Counted from the first letter of the stretch, positions 29,270 to 38,919 are shown. The stretch is DNA of 64,000 bases from an uncultured Chlamydiales bacterium (GCA_963700985.1 OY969554.1:640001-704000); one strand, 5' to 3'. Notes: generated from the sequence alone by a model not told the origin. Program-made: numbers and translations.

Positions 29270-30274
29270 ATGTCCCATCCATCCATACAATCCAGCTGGG
29301 TTAAACAAGACGAGACCATCGAACTGCAAATTCGCCCGCAGTCGCTTGGAGATTTCCTTGGACAAGAACCCTTGAGAAAACGCCTCGAAGTTTTTCTGGG
29401 CGCCGCAAAGTTGCGCAATGAGCCATTAGGACATTGTTTATTCCATGGGCCACCAGGACTCGGTAAGACTACACTCGCTAATATTCTTGCCAAAGCCATG
29501 GGCACAAGCATTGTGATCAGCTCAGGTCCTGTGCTGGAAAAACCTGGAGATTTGGCTGGTATTCTCACTAATCTTAAAGAGGGCGACATCTTCTTTATCG
29601 ATGAGATCCACCGTTTAAATAGACAAGTTGAAGAGTATCTTTACACAGCCATGGAAGATTTCTCGCTCGATCTAATGATTGATAGCGGCCCTAATGCCCG
29701 CAGCGTCCAAGTAAAACTAAACCCCTTTTGTCTCGTAGGAGCCACCACACGCGGCGGACTTTTAAGCGCTCCGATGCGCTCGCGCTTTGCTTTTACTTGC
29801 CGACTCGACTATTATGATCCGGAGATCCTTAAAGAGATCGTATTGAGAACGTCGCACATCCTCAATGTTTCAATAGATAGTGGAGGAGCGTTAGAAGTTG
29901 CAAGGCGCGCCCGCGGAACACCGCGGATCGCCAATCACCTGCTTCGATGGGTAAGAGATTATGCTCAGATGCATAATAGCTTAAAAATCGATAAGCAGAT
30001 CGCTAATGCTGCTTTGGAGATGCTTGCGATCGATCAAATAGGTCTCGATGAGATGGATAAGAAGATCTTAAATGTAATCATCGACCACTATGAAGGAGGT
30101 CCGGTAGGAATCAAGACGCTCTCAGTTGCAGTTGGAGAGGAAGAAAACACTCTCGAAGAGGTCTATGAACCCTACCTGATCTTACAAGGCTTAATTAAAC
30201 GTACGTCAAGAGGGCGCGAAGCAACTGCGCTCGCCTACCAACATCTTAAGGGAACAAAAAAGGTTCCAAAATAA
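29270..30274 (+). CDS. ruvB: Holliday junction branch migration helicase RuvB
   Basis: GPPGLGKTTLA, FIDEIHRL, GATTR, RGTPRIA, EPYL. Confidence 0.98.
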   Translation: MSHPSIQSSWVKQDETIELQIRPQSLGDFLGQEPLRKRLEVFLGAAKLRNEPLGHCLFHGPPGLGKTTLANILAKAMGTSIVISSGPVLEKPGDLAGILTNLKEGDIFFIDEIHRLNRQVEEYLYTAMEDFSLDLMIDSGPNARSVQVKLNPFCLVGATTRGGLLSAPMRSRFAFTCRLDYYDPEILKEIVLRTSHILNVSIDSGGALEVARRARGTPRIANHLLRWVRDYAQMHNSLKIDKQIANAALEMLAIDQIGLDEMDKKILNVIIDHYEGGPVGIKTLSVAVGEEENTLEEVYEPYLILQGLIKRTSRGREATALAYQHLKGTKKVPK

Positions 30275-30295
30275 AATTTCGGATGGAGAAATATC

Positions 30296-31489
30296 ATGAG
30301 AATCATCTCTTCTTTGCTAATTGCTACTACTGTCTGCTTGAGCAGCCTAACACTCGAAGCCACTGTAAAATATGATCGCTTCGAAGTTGACCCTTCACTT
30401 AGCGATAAACCTGCCACGATTAAGGTTCTCTTAGAAAAAGGCAGCAGCACGGCTCTGCTTGAAGTAAAAGGACCACATTTAATTTACGACGCCAAGAGCG
30501 GCTTCCAATTATCTTCTGGCTCTCTCCCAAAGCGCGATTTCATCACCCATGACGCCAAAGGTCTAAAATGGGGCCATAAGTTTCCTGGCACTCAGCAGAT
30601 CCGTGTGGTTCCTGGTGACGCGCAAACTACTATCATTGTGAATGGCACCCAATACCGTGGCTGCATTGAAATCTACGCGATCGGCGGAAAATTCAATATT
30701 ATCAATGAAACAGATGTGGAAACTTATCTTAAATCTATTTTGACCACACAGTTTGCAGAAGAGATGGAAGAAGAGACAATGGAAGCGCTGGTTATTGCCG
30801 CGCGTACCAACGCCTATTACACCACTGGAAGACACCCTTTTGCGCCTTGGCATGTTGAAGCTAAAGAAGTCGGATATCATGGCTATGGAGCTCTGCTACA
30901 AAACCTCGTGGTTGACCGAGCAGTTGAGCATACACGTCATGTCATTATGACCTACCGCAAAGCTCCTTTCGCTGCCACTTGGACTAAAAACTGCGCAGGA
31001 AAAACAGCGGATTTCCCCGTGATCTTCCGTAAAAACACACCGACACCTAAAGGTGTTGAGTCTCAACTAGCTGCTAGTGACCGCGAAAAAGCGCGTTGGA
31101 CTTTAACCATCAGTAAAAAAGACCTCGCGACAGCGCTTGGAATGTCAACTGTGCGCTCGGTCGATCTCTTTATCGATAATAACTCTGACAAAGTCTATGG
31201 CGTGCGCGTAGGCGATGGTCTAGATGCCAAAAACTTCGACTTTATGGCTTTTCAAAAGAAAGTTGGTGATCTTAAACTGCGCAGCAGCGATTTCACTGTG
31301 GCCACTAAGGGAGAATCCCTTGTTTTCACAGGCTATGGCGATGGCCCAGGAGTCGGACTCTGCCTCTATACAGCTAATAAGTTGGCTGAAAAAGGAGAAA
31401 AGGCGCCTAAAATCCTAGCTACCTTCTTCCCAGATACCGCTATTGAAAAGCTGCGCAAACTTCCTGGTTTAGAAGCTCAAGTAAAATAA
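30296..31489 (+). CDS. SpoIID/LytB domain protein
   Basis: Signal peptide; YRG, INETDVETYLKS, EALVIAART, GYGDGPGVGLC. Confidence 0.88.
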   Translation: MRIISSLLIATTVCLSSLTLEATVKYDRFEVDPSLSDKPATIKVLLEKGSSTALLEVKGPHLIYDAKSGFQLSSGSLPKRDFITHDAKGLKWGHKFPGTQQIRVVPGDAQTTIIVNGTQYRGCIEIYAIGGKFNIINETDVETYLKSILTTQFAEEMEEETMEALVIAARTNAYYTTGRHPFAPWHVEAKEVGYHGYGALLQNLVVDRAVEHTRHVIMTYRKAPFAATWTKNCAGKTADFPVIFRKNTPTPKGVESQLAASDREKARWTLTISKKDLATALGMSTVRSVDLFIDNNSDKVYGVRVGDGLDAKNFDFMAFQKKVGDLKLRSSDFTVATKGESLVFTGYGDGPGVGLCLYTANKLAEKGEKAPKILATFFPDTAIEKLRKLPGLEAQVK

Positions 31490-31498
31490 ATATTTCAC

Positions 31499-31533
31499 AG
31501 CATGCGAGTAGAAATTAACCCTACTCGTATGCT
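31499..31533. terminator. 13-bp hairpin downstream of SpoIID-like gene
   Basis: AGCATGCGAGTAG...CTACTCGTATGCT with one G-U pair. Confidence 0.55.
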
Positions 31534-31555
31534 AACATAATTATTCAAATATTTT

Positions 31556-31651
31556 GCTGGGGACCTTGGAGAGTAAAACAGTCCGAACCAGGTCAGGACC
31601 GGAAGGTAGCAGCCTTAAGGACCTCGTTTTGTGCTCCGAGTCATCTCCAGC
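31556..31651 (+). ncRNA. ffs: Signal recognition particle RNA (small bacterial 4.5S)
   Basis: Conserved helix-8 core CAGGTCAGGACCGGAAGGTAGCAGCC; terminal pairing GCTGGGGA/TCTCCAGC; followed by T-tract. Confidence 0.95.
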
Positions 31652-31668
31652 TTTTTCTTCTACTCAAA

Positions 31669-32004
31669 TCATTCCGAAATTAGCTTATAAATAGATTCGA
31701 AACTTGCGTATATAGCTACTGCTGAGATAGCTGTTCCGTAAGGAAGAGTCTCTTGGACTCTTTCTTTCAAGCTCTCTGGAAGACAGCACATCACGGCGAA
31801 TGCTAGAATAGATAAAATGCCGCGCACAACTGTTTCAATAATCCCAAGAAGTGCTAAGCCAGCAAAGCCCAAACCAGAAAGAATCTTATGCACAGTCGTA
31901 TTGATCTCTGCCGTACTTTCTGCATCCATATTAGCTAATTCGTATACTAAATAACCCGTGAGTGAGATGGCCATCGAGGAACAGGCTGCTGATTGAGTGC
32001 TCAT
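31669..32004 (-). CDS. Small hydrophobic hypothetical protein, Inc-like
   Basis: About 35-aa bilobed hydrophobic stretch; Ser/Thr-rich N-terminus without Sec signal; GGGGA RBS. Confidence 0.6.
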   Translation of the reverse strand: MSTQSAACSSMAISLTGYLVYELANMDAESTAEINTTVHKILSGLGFAGLALLGIIETVVRGILSILAFAVMCCLPESLKERVQETLPYGTAISAVAIYASFESIYKLISE

Positions 32005-32084
32005 AAATCCCCTGAATTAATTTAAGTAAAATTATAATTAAACCCCTTATTTAATTACAGAGAATAAGACTGCAACTACTTATT

Positions 32085-32999
32085 TTAGAAATTGGATTGT
32101 TTCAGAATTTTGATGCGCTCAGCATAGATTAGCTTCAGCCAATAATCCAGGTTCATACGGTCGAAATTGTAGCTTTGCTGACTCATTTCAGAGTATTTCT
32201 GCTCAAGAAACTCTTCGGTAACCTCTCGCCAGTCTTTTATGATTACTACTGGTAGATCTTGAAAAAGACTATCTGAGGCTGAAGTTTTTACGATGGGAAT
32301 TGATCTCATGCAAATTGATTCCCAAACACGGTGACAATCTAGACCATTTCCCCGCGGACACAACACAAATTTGGCTTCCGCGAGATCTTTCAAATACTCA
32401 CGATAAGGCTTTCGAGAAGAAGTCACACAAAAAGGCTTATCTTTAAATAGCGCATAGACTTTTCCTCTCTCTGTCGGGTGCGTATTTATCGAAAAGTTGT
32501 TATAGAGCAGCATGGTTTTAGCGCATCCAGCCCACTTCTTGCGCGCCTCAGTCACAACCGTAAGATCTCCATTGCTATACTGCCGATTTTCAAAACCGAC
32601 AGGCAGCGGATGAAGCTTTGGATGCACGTAACCATCTACATTGTGTCCAAACCAGGCTCCAACTTTAGGATGCAAAAGATAGGATACGAATTTCCCAGGA
32701 ATGGAAAAAACGCTGTTATGCGTAATCAGAATGTATTTATGGCGAATCTTTGGGTGGTATTTTTTGAAGAAGCGTTCGAGCTGTTCTGTCTTCACAAAAA
32801 TCAGATCGCCCTCTTTTATCAGGCTACAATCCAAAACATCGCTCGATCTCTCGAGAATGAAGTCACATTGCGCACGAAAGGCGTCTCCGGTTACATAAGG
32901 TGGACTTGGCCTGCGATCGACCTGCTTCGAGGGTTTTGCCCCCGCGCAAAGAATACATGCACAAATAAGAAAAAGAGTTCGTAACAGTGACGGTTTAAT
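32085..32999 (-). CDS. Exostosin/GT47-like glycosyltransferase, probable ATT start
   Basis: KFVLCPRGNGLDCHRVWE..SIPIV; frame is stop-free upstream of the track start 32834 through PYVTGDAFR and a signal-like segment to ATT at 32999. Confidence 0.75.
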   Translation of the reverse strand: MKPSLLRTLFLICACILCAGAKPSKQVDRRPSPPYVTGDAFRAQCDFILERSSDVLDCSLIKEGDLIFVKTEQLERFFKKYHPKIRHKYILITHNSVFSIPGKFVSYLLHPKVGAWFGHNVDGYVHPKLHPLPVGFENRQYSNGDLTVVTEARKKWAGCAKTMLLYNNFSINTHPTERGKVYALFKDKPFCVTSSRKPYREYLKDLAEAKFVLCPRGNGLDCHRVWESICMRSIPIVKTSASDSLFQDLPVVIIKDWREVTEEFLEQKYSEMSQQSYNFDRMNLDYWLKLIYAERIKILKQSNF

Positions 33000-33008
33000 A
33001 AAAGCACC

Positions 33009-33998
33009 TCAAAAACTGAAAAATATACCTGCAAAAAGACCATGCTGTAAAGCATTGCCACTTGTAGTTAGTTTGCGTTTGTGAGACTCGAGTGACTTTG
33101 AAAGCTGCTCGGGAGCCAGTGCCACCCCGGCAAGATAGATCATCTGATAACCCGTACGGATGTTGAAATGCGAAGTCACCCGAAATCCGAATGAGGCCAA
33201 AATATCGGCTAAGAAAGCGCAGGTCCATCCATGCTTTGTATAATGTTTAAGCACGATCGTGTTGTTATCATCGCCCAAGAACGTTTTCTGTTCACAGCGA
33301 TCGGCCAGAGGCCCAAATTTGGCCGTGAAGTTCCAGTTGATCTGCTTCGTGGGGTTCATCTCTAAACAGCCGCCGATCTGCGGACCGCCCAGGATGTTGC
33401 GTGCGCGGATGCGGTAGTCACTTTCATCCAGCCCTGTTTTAAAGGCGAGTTTGAGCTTTTCATTGAGATGGATGTAGCGCAAACCGAGAATCCACGAATA
33501 AGAGAAAAAGTCTACTTTGCGTGGCGTGACATCCCGCCAGAAGTTGACTTCAGCACTATAAAAATGTGATTTATAGATCGCATCGGCTTCATCCGCATTG
33601 CGATAGTCGACCGTAGATGTGTAATTATAGAAAGGAAAGCTGAGAGAAGCATTGCCATGCTTTTTATCGTGTCCTTGCCACTCGTTTAAATAGAGAAAGC
33701 TACCTTCTAAAGACCAGCGCGAATTGGGCTGATAGGCTAAACCTACGCGATAACCCGGTTCAAAACTGAAGTCATGTAAAAGGTTCTTCGACGTAAGTAC
33801 GCGCCTTTCATCACAAGGGCAACCTTTACCTGGATCGTAACGATCGACAAGTGTGCGGCTGTGTAGCTCCGTCCTGCGCATGTACACAAACTCAGTCAGA
33901 ATCGACCAGTGATAACCCACGCCCAAATCATCATGAGCTGATAGCGATGTCGTAGCTACAAGTGAGAGTGCAGAAGCTAATAAAAATTTTCTATGCAT
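33009..33998 (-). CDS. Predicted outer-membrane beta-barrel protein
   Basis: Signal peptide, alternating aromatic strands, C-terminal GLFAGIFFSF (BAM signal Phe). Confidence 0.8.
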   Translation of the reverse strand: MHRKFLLASALSLVATTSLSAHDDLGVGYHWSILTEFVYMRRTELHSRTLVDRYDPGKGCPCDERRVLTSKNLLHDFSFEPGYRVGLAYQPNSRWSLEGSFLYLNEWQGHDKKHGNASLSFPFYNYTSTVDYRNADEADAIYKSHFYSAEVNFWRDVTPRKVDFFSYSWILGLRYIHLNEKLKLAFKTGLDESDYRIRARNILGGPQIGGCLEMNPTKQINWNFTAKFGPLADRCEQKTFLGDDNNTIVLKHYTKHGWTCAFLADILASFGFRVTSHFNIRTGYQMIYLAGVALAPEQLSKSLESHKRKLTTSGNALQHGLFAGIFFSF

Positions 33999-34225
33999 AG
34001 TGCGAGTATAAGCACACATGCTAAAAAATTGGAGCAGTTTTTTATAAGGAATTATTCTTGCATCGGAAAAAGATGCAGGAAGTTCGACTTCTCTCCATAA
34101 ATTTTCTCGCTAAGTATAACATTGGAATCGAAAAAAGCAACTTCTGCTCAGACCTTTTGGCTTCAATTTTTTTAGTGCTTTTGTAGAATTGAACCAGCAA
34201 AAATTAATGCAACGGATCGATCAAT

Positions 34226-34789
34226 ATGAAAAACATTCGAGTAATTCTAATTCATGGAAACTGCGGCAGCAAGCCTACTGACAACTGGTTTCCCTACGTT
34301 AAAATGGAACTAGAAAGGATGGAGATTGAGGTGATAGCGCCTCAGTTTCCTGATGCTGATTTAGCTCGTAGTTCCTATTGGATCCCCTTTCTTAAAAATG
34401 AGCTAAAGGCCGACGAGAACACCATTATTATCGGACACTCTTCGGGCGCTATAGCTGCGATGCGTTTTGCTGAAAAAAACAGAATCTTTGGATCTATCTT
34501 GATCGGAGCCTACCACACTGATCTAGGCTATGAAAAAGAGAAGTTGAGTGGATATTTTGATGAGCCATGGAATTGGGATGCCATTAAAAACAATCAAAAT
34601 TGGATCATTCAATTTGCCTCTACAGATGACCCTTGGATTCCTATAGCTGAACCTCGCTTTGTTCGTGATCAACTAAATACAGAATACCACGAGTTTCAAG
34701 ATCAAGGACATTTTGGTGGAGACTACAATAAGCGCACCTTCCCAGAAGTTGTAGCAGAGCTGCAGCAGAAAATGATCATTAGAAAATAA
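34226..34789 (+). CDS. RBBP9/YdeN family alpha/beta hydrolase
   Basis: LIHGN, NWFP, GHSSGA, STDDPWIP, GHF. Confidence 0.92.
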   Translation: MKNIRVILIHGNCGSKPTDNWFPYVKMELERMEIEVIAPQFPDADLARSSYWIPFLKNELKADENTIIIGHSSGAIAAMRFAEKNRIFGSILIGAYHTDLGYEKEKLSGYFDEPWNWDAIKNNQNWIIQFASTDDPWIPIAEPRFVRDQLNTEYHEFQDQGHFGGDYNKRTFPEVVAELQQKMIIRK

Positions 34790-34798
34790 GGTGGAATT

Positions 34799-35038
34799 GT
34801 GTATCAAACATGCTTTAGATCTTTCCTTGTTTTTTTATTTTTTTTGAATGGGGGTATCTTGGCAGACACCGACATGGAAAAAATGGATAGTCAGACACGC
34901 GTTTTTTTGGAACGTATTAATTCCACTAATGAACCGGAACTCGAAGCAGAATCGATAGAAGAAATGGATATATGTAAAAAAGCCATGGCAGATATAGCCC
35001 AATTCTTAAGAACCTATCCTAATAAAGCTTCTGGTTGA
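34799..35038 (+). pseudogene. Short ORF, possibly an internally deleted exported esterase remnant
   Basis: Signal-like N-terminus, MDSQTRVFLERIN and KKAMADIAQFL resemble the two ends of HSL-type esterases; no catalytic core. Confidence 0.4.
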
Positions 35039-35062
35039 GATTTCAGAATGATTTGAGGTGAA

Positions 35063-35123
35063 TTTTGAAGCACCGACTGAAGACAATATTGGGATTAATA
35101 TGGCTGAAGGAGGTACTTCAAAA
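35063..35123. repeat. Palindromic intergenic element between convergent genes
   Basis: TTTTGAAGCACC...GGTACTTCAAAA (11/12 complementary) with inner ATATT/AATAT stem. Confidence 0.5.
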
Positions 35124-35151
35124 AGAATAATGGATCATTGATAGAGGTTTT

Positions 35152-35787
35152 TTATTTTTCAGCCTCGCGGAATTGTTTTTCGATGCGCGCGGTGGTTCTG
35201 CGCAAGGTGCTTTCTACATCGATATTGTTTTGGCTCGCCTTGCAAATAAGCTGCACGAGTTCATTTGCGATCTCATCTTCGGCCGATGCTTTCGCTTCTT
35301 TCTGTGATAAAAAGAAAGCTGGATTTTTGCGCACAATTTTACCGATCATTTTTTGTGCTTTTGCAACAATTGGCAGTGTTTCGGGAATGCCGTCGAGCGC
35401 GCTTTTTCGATCTTTATGCGCTTTTTCTTCTAATTTTCTTATTTCCCATTCTTTAATCACTTCCTCCGGGGTATTAGCCGTGGTGTCTCCAAAAACATGG
35501 GGATGGCGGTGGATGAGCTTTGCTAGCACTTTTTCGATCACCTCTTGAATCGTAAAGCGTTTATCGCGCTGCGCGATCTTGCAATAGAAAATGATCGTAT
35601 AGAGCAGGTCGCCTAACTCCTCTACAATCTTCTCATCATCTTGGGCATCTACTGCCTCGAGAACTTCGTGCATCTCTTCGAGAAGATAGGGTTGGAGCGT
35701 TAAAAAGGTCTGTGTTCTATCCCAAGGACAGCCATCCGGGCCATTCAATCGTTCGGCAATTTTGAGCAGTTCATCAAAAACATGCAT
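35152..35787 (-). CDS. mazG: MazG family nucleotide pyrophosphohydrolase
   Basis: GCPWDRTQT, LEEMHEVLEA, EELGDLL, KLIHRHPHVF. Confidence 0.93.
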   Translation of the reverse strand: MHVFDELLKIAERLNGPDGCPWDRTQTFLTLQPYLLEEMHEVLEAVDAQDDEKIVEELGDLLYTIIFYCKIAQRDKRFTIQEVIEKVLAKLIHRHPHVFGDTTANTPEEVIKEWEIRKLEEKAHKDRKSALDGIPETLPIVAKAQKMIGKIVRKNPAFFLSQKEAKASAEDEIANELVQLICKASQNNIDVESTLRRTTARIEKQFREAEK

Positions 35788-35861
35788 AATTTTTTTAATA
35801 CCCTGTTAGCTAAGATGAGGAAAATCTGTTATAATGCAGAAAACAGTGTACCAAGGGCGTC

Positions 35862-36971
35862 ATGCAGAAAAAAGGTTTTTTTGTAGCTTCAACCGGTCAG
35901 CATGTGGGTAAGACAACCACCTGCCTCGGGTTAATTTCAGGTTTAAGAAAACGTTTTTCCAGCGTGGGTTTCATCAAGCCTGTCGGCCAAGAGCAGATGG
36001 AAACTGCATGCGGCCAGATGGTGGATAAAGATGTGATTCTCTTTAAGGAACACTTCAATCTTAAGGCCTCTTATGAAGATATGAGTCCGGTGCTTCTACC
36101 TCAGGGTTTTACACGCGATTTTCTCGATGGCGAGATCGATGCAGAAAAGCTTGGACTACGTATCAAGTCTGCCTTTGATAAGATCCAACACGAGAATAAC
36201 TTCACGGTGGTTGAAGGCACGGGCCACATCAGCGTGGGCTCGATTATTAACATGAATAACGCCCAGGTTGCCGCTCTCTTGAAGCTTCCAGTTATTTTAG
36301 TAGCTCCAGGTGGCGTAGGCTCCTCTTTCGACCAGCTGGCTCTGAATAAAGCTGTATGTGACAAATATGGTGTGAGAATCGCTGGAGTGATCTTAAATCG
36401 CGTGCTTCCCGATAAACGCGAGATGATCACCACCTACATGACGCGTGCGCTCAGCCGCTGGAATATCCCCCTGATTGGCTGCATCCCTTATGATTCCTTT
36501 CTTTCTGAGCCATCGATGAAAGATTTCGAGCAGCTCTTCGGCACGCCGCTGCTCACGGGAGAAGATGCACGGATGCGTCATTTTCGGCAGACACGTCTGG
36601 TGGCCACCTCGCTTGAAACGTATCGCGATCTAATCGAGCACAACCAATTAATCATTACGCCCGCTGCACGCGAAGATATCATTCAGGCGACCCTGCAAAG
36701 ACATTGGGAAATTAAGATGGCCTCGCCACACGATGATTTAGAAACGGGCATGATTTTAACTGGCGATATTCCCCCTTCACACATTCTATTAGAAGAGATT
36801 AGACACGCGAACATCCCGATGCTTTACACACCTGTAAGCACTTATTCGGCAATGAAGATGATCACTTCTTTTACTGCTAAAATTCGCAATGAAGATGTTC
36901 AGAAGGTAAGCGAGGCCATTTCGGTCGTTGAATCGCACATCGACTTCGAGCGTTTAATTGACGTGCTGTAG
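35862..36971 (+). CDS. BioD-like P-loop plus DRTGG protein (stand-alone N-terminal region of long Pta)
   Basis: TGQHVGKTT, FIKPVGQ, VEGTGH, GVILNRV; DRTGG-like REDI...ILTG; no Pta catalytic domain. Confidence 0.85.
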   Translation: MQKKGFFVASTGQHVGKTTTCLGLISGLRKRFSSVGFIKPVGQEQMETACGQMVDKDVILFKEHFNLKASYEDMSPVLLPQGFTRDFLDGEIDAEKLGLRIKSAFDKIQHENNFTVVEGTGHISVGSIINMNNAQVAALLKLPVILVAPGGVGSSFDQLALNKAVCDKYGVRIAGVILNRVLPDKREMITTYMTRALSRWNIPLIGCIPYDSFLSEPSMKDFEQLFGTPLLTGEDARMRHFRQTRLVATSLETYRDLIEHNQLIITPAAREDIIQATLQRHWEIKMASPHDDLETGMILTGDIPPSHILLEEIRHANIPMLYTPVSTYSAMKMITSFTAKIRNEDVQKVSEAISVVESHIDFERLIDVL

Positions 36972-38035
36972 ATCTTGCTCCACCAATCTGAAAAGCTTTT
37001 AAAAACCTCTTCATGATCGAGATTACGGATGCATGCACCCGTAGAACATGTACGCAGAATTGCGCAGCGCTTAGTAAAGGTGCGCCCATAAGGACAGCTC
37101 CCCTGAAACGTGCCATGTAGCACCCCTTCTGGCTTATAAAAAGCTGAAGAGGAAGAGCCGAAAATACTAAAGCTGGGTGTAGCGGTGGTGCCGCATAAAT
37201 GCAGCGCTGCCGAATCTACGGCTAGAACACCTTGCACATGCGCCATAAGCGCTTGCCAGAGATTTAAGCTAAGCCGCCCAACACTCATACTATTATCAGG
37301 AAAAAAAGCGTGAAAAGCCTCTGCAATTTTCTGTTCTTCAGCATCTCCCCAGATGAATAGAAATGCGACTTTAAAGTCGTGATCTATTCTCTTTAGAAGC
37401 TCCACTAAAGTTTCTTCTTTGAGCTGCTTATTTTTCCATTTTGAACCAAAACAGATCATCAGAAGTGCCGTATTAGAGAGCGCAGGCTCTTGAAGGATGG
37501 CGCCTAAACGCTGCTCCTCTGTTTGGGAAATTTCAAGTTCCACTGGCACCAGGTCAATAGCCTTATGCGTTTCTTGAAGATGGCTTTGAACTAGATGCAG
37601 ATATCTTTTGCGCACACTAAGCTCAGGTGGCACAAAATAGTGATGTGTGGTGGCGAGTAAGTTAGGTTTTTCTGGCACGCATTTCCAGTTAAAGCCCACT
37701 TTTGCATCTGCTTTGGCTAAAAGCGTGATAAGCCCCGACTTGCTATTTCCTTGCAGATCCACCAGCAGATCATATTTTTGCTGCCGAAACTCTTTAACGA
37801 ATTTAGAGATCTCTTGACGTGTCTTGGAAGCCATGAGGGTTTTGCGCCATGCACGCGTATCTACGACCCACACGCGATTTAGCCTTGGATGCGCACGCAA
37901 GAGATCAGCGCAGCTCTTTTCCACCACCCAATCGATCCGTGCATCGGGAAAGCGCTGCCTTAAATAGTCTAAGACCGGGAAGGTGTGAATTACATCACCG
38001 ATCGAAGAGGTCTTAACAATTAGAATAGACTTCAT
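36899..38035 (-). CDS. Glycosyltransferase family 9 (LPS heptosyltransferase I-like)
   Basis: ILIVKTSSIGDVIH, IDWVVE, YDLLVDLQG, VDSAALHL. Confidence 0.9.
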   Translation of the reverse strand: MKSILIVKTSSIGDVIHTFPVLDYLRQRFPDARIDWVVEKSCADLLRAHPRLNRVWVVDTRAWRKTLMASKTRQEISKFVKEFRQQKYDLLVDLQGNSKSGLITLLAKADAKVGFNWKCVPEKPNLLATTHHYFVPPELSVRKRYLHLVQSHLQETHKAIDLVPVELEISQTEEQRLGAILQEPALSNTALLMICFGSKWKNKQLKEETLVELLKRIDHDFKVAFLFIWGDAEEQKIAEAFHAFFPDNSMSVGRLSLNLWQALMAHVQGVLAVDSAALHLCGTTATPSFSIFGSSSSAFYKPEGVLHGTFQGSCPYGRTFTKRCAILRTCSTGACIRNLDHEEVFKSFSDWWSKIYSTSIKRSKSMCDSTTEMASLTF

Positions 38036-38037
38036 TT

Positions 38038-38919
38038 TTAAAGCTTTAAAAGCTTGGTGAATTCTATAAAATCTTGAGGAAGTGGAGCCTTAATCTCAAT
38101 CACTTTCTGAAGGATAGGGTGAGTAAAACGTAGGATATAGGCATGTAAAAGCTGACGTTTAGGCTTGAGTCGACAAGTAAAATGTTTACCGTATTGAAAA
38201 TCCCCCAGAATAGGATGGCCTAGTTCACTTAAATGCACACGCAGCTGATGCGTACGACCTGTAATAGGCTGGCAACGTAGCAATGAGGCCTCTTTGCCCA
38301 CTTTTAAACGCTTCCAGAAAGTAAGCGCAAATTCTTGCTTTTTGCCTTTACGTTTTGAGCCCCAAATGCTCTGTCCTGCTACCAGGGCCTTTTTTACGAG
38401 ATAGCTCTGCACTTTGCCGTCCGTTTCTTCAACTTTACCATCCACAATCGCCTCGTAGATCTTAATAATGCTTTTGGTGCGGAAAAGCTCTACAAAAGCC
38501 TCTTTATCGGCGGCAGATTTGGCAATCATCAGCGCTCCGGAAGTCTCTTTATCCAGGCGATGGATGAGCAAGAGTTTCCCAAGATATTTAGGAAAAAGAG
38601 CGTTGATGCGCGCATCTTCACAGACAAGGCCCGGGGGCTTATCTACGATCATTAAATGGTCATCTTCATAGAGAATTGGGCAGGTAAAAGTGCGTGTAGG
38701 AGTAAGCTCTTTAAGTTCGGTGAGATCTAATTCAACTAGATCGCCTTCTTTAAGCGTATATGTAGAAATGCGTTGAACCTTTCCATTGACGTAGCAGCGC
38801 TTATAATCAATTGCGCGCTTTAAGAGTTTGACAGCATGAACCCCGCGATCTTTATCGCGCAAAAACGCAAGCAGCTTTTTGCGCGCGTCAACTGCAGAGA
38901 TGCGCCATTTTCTTTTCAT
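38038..38919 (-). CDS. RluA family pseudouridine synthase
   Basis: DKPPGL, HRLDKETSG, TGRTHQLRVH, GHPILGD. Confidence 0.95.
   Translation of the reverse strand: MKRKWRISAVDARKKLLAFLRDKDRGVHAVKLLKRAIDYKRCYVNGKVQRISTYTLKEGDLVELDLTELKELTPTRTFTCPILYEDDHLMIVDKPPGLVCEDARINALFPKYLGKLLLIHRLDKETSGALMIAKSAADKEAFVELFRTKSIIKIYEAIVDGKVEETDGKVQSYLVKKALVAGQSIWGSKRKGKKQEFALTFWKRLKVGKEASLLRCQPITGRTHQLRVHLSELGHPILGDFQYGKHFTCRLKPKRQLLHAYILRFTHPILQKVIEIKAPLPQDFIEFTKLLKL

Noticed and set aside
32478..32984. 168-aa plus-strand ORF
   Set aside because: Antisense shadow of the GT47-like gene
35152..35787. MazG as part of an anti-phage or TA system
   Set aside because: Housekeeping-type MazG with no adjacent toxin or defence genes
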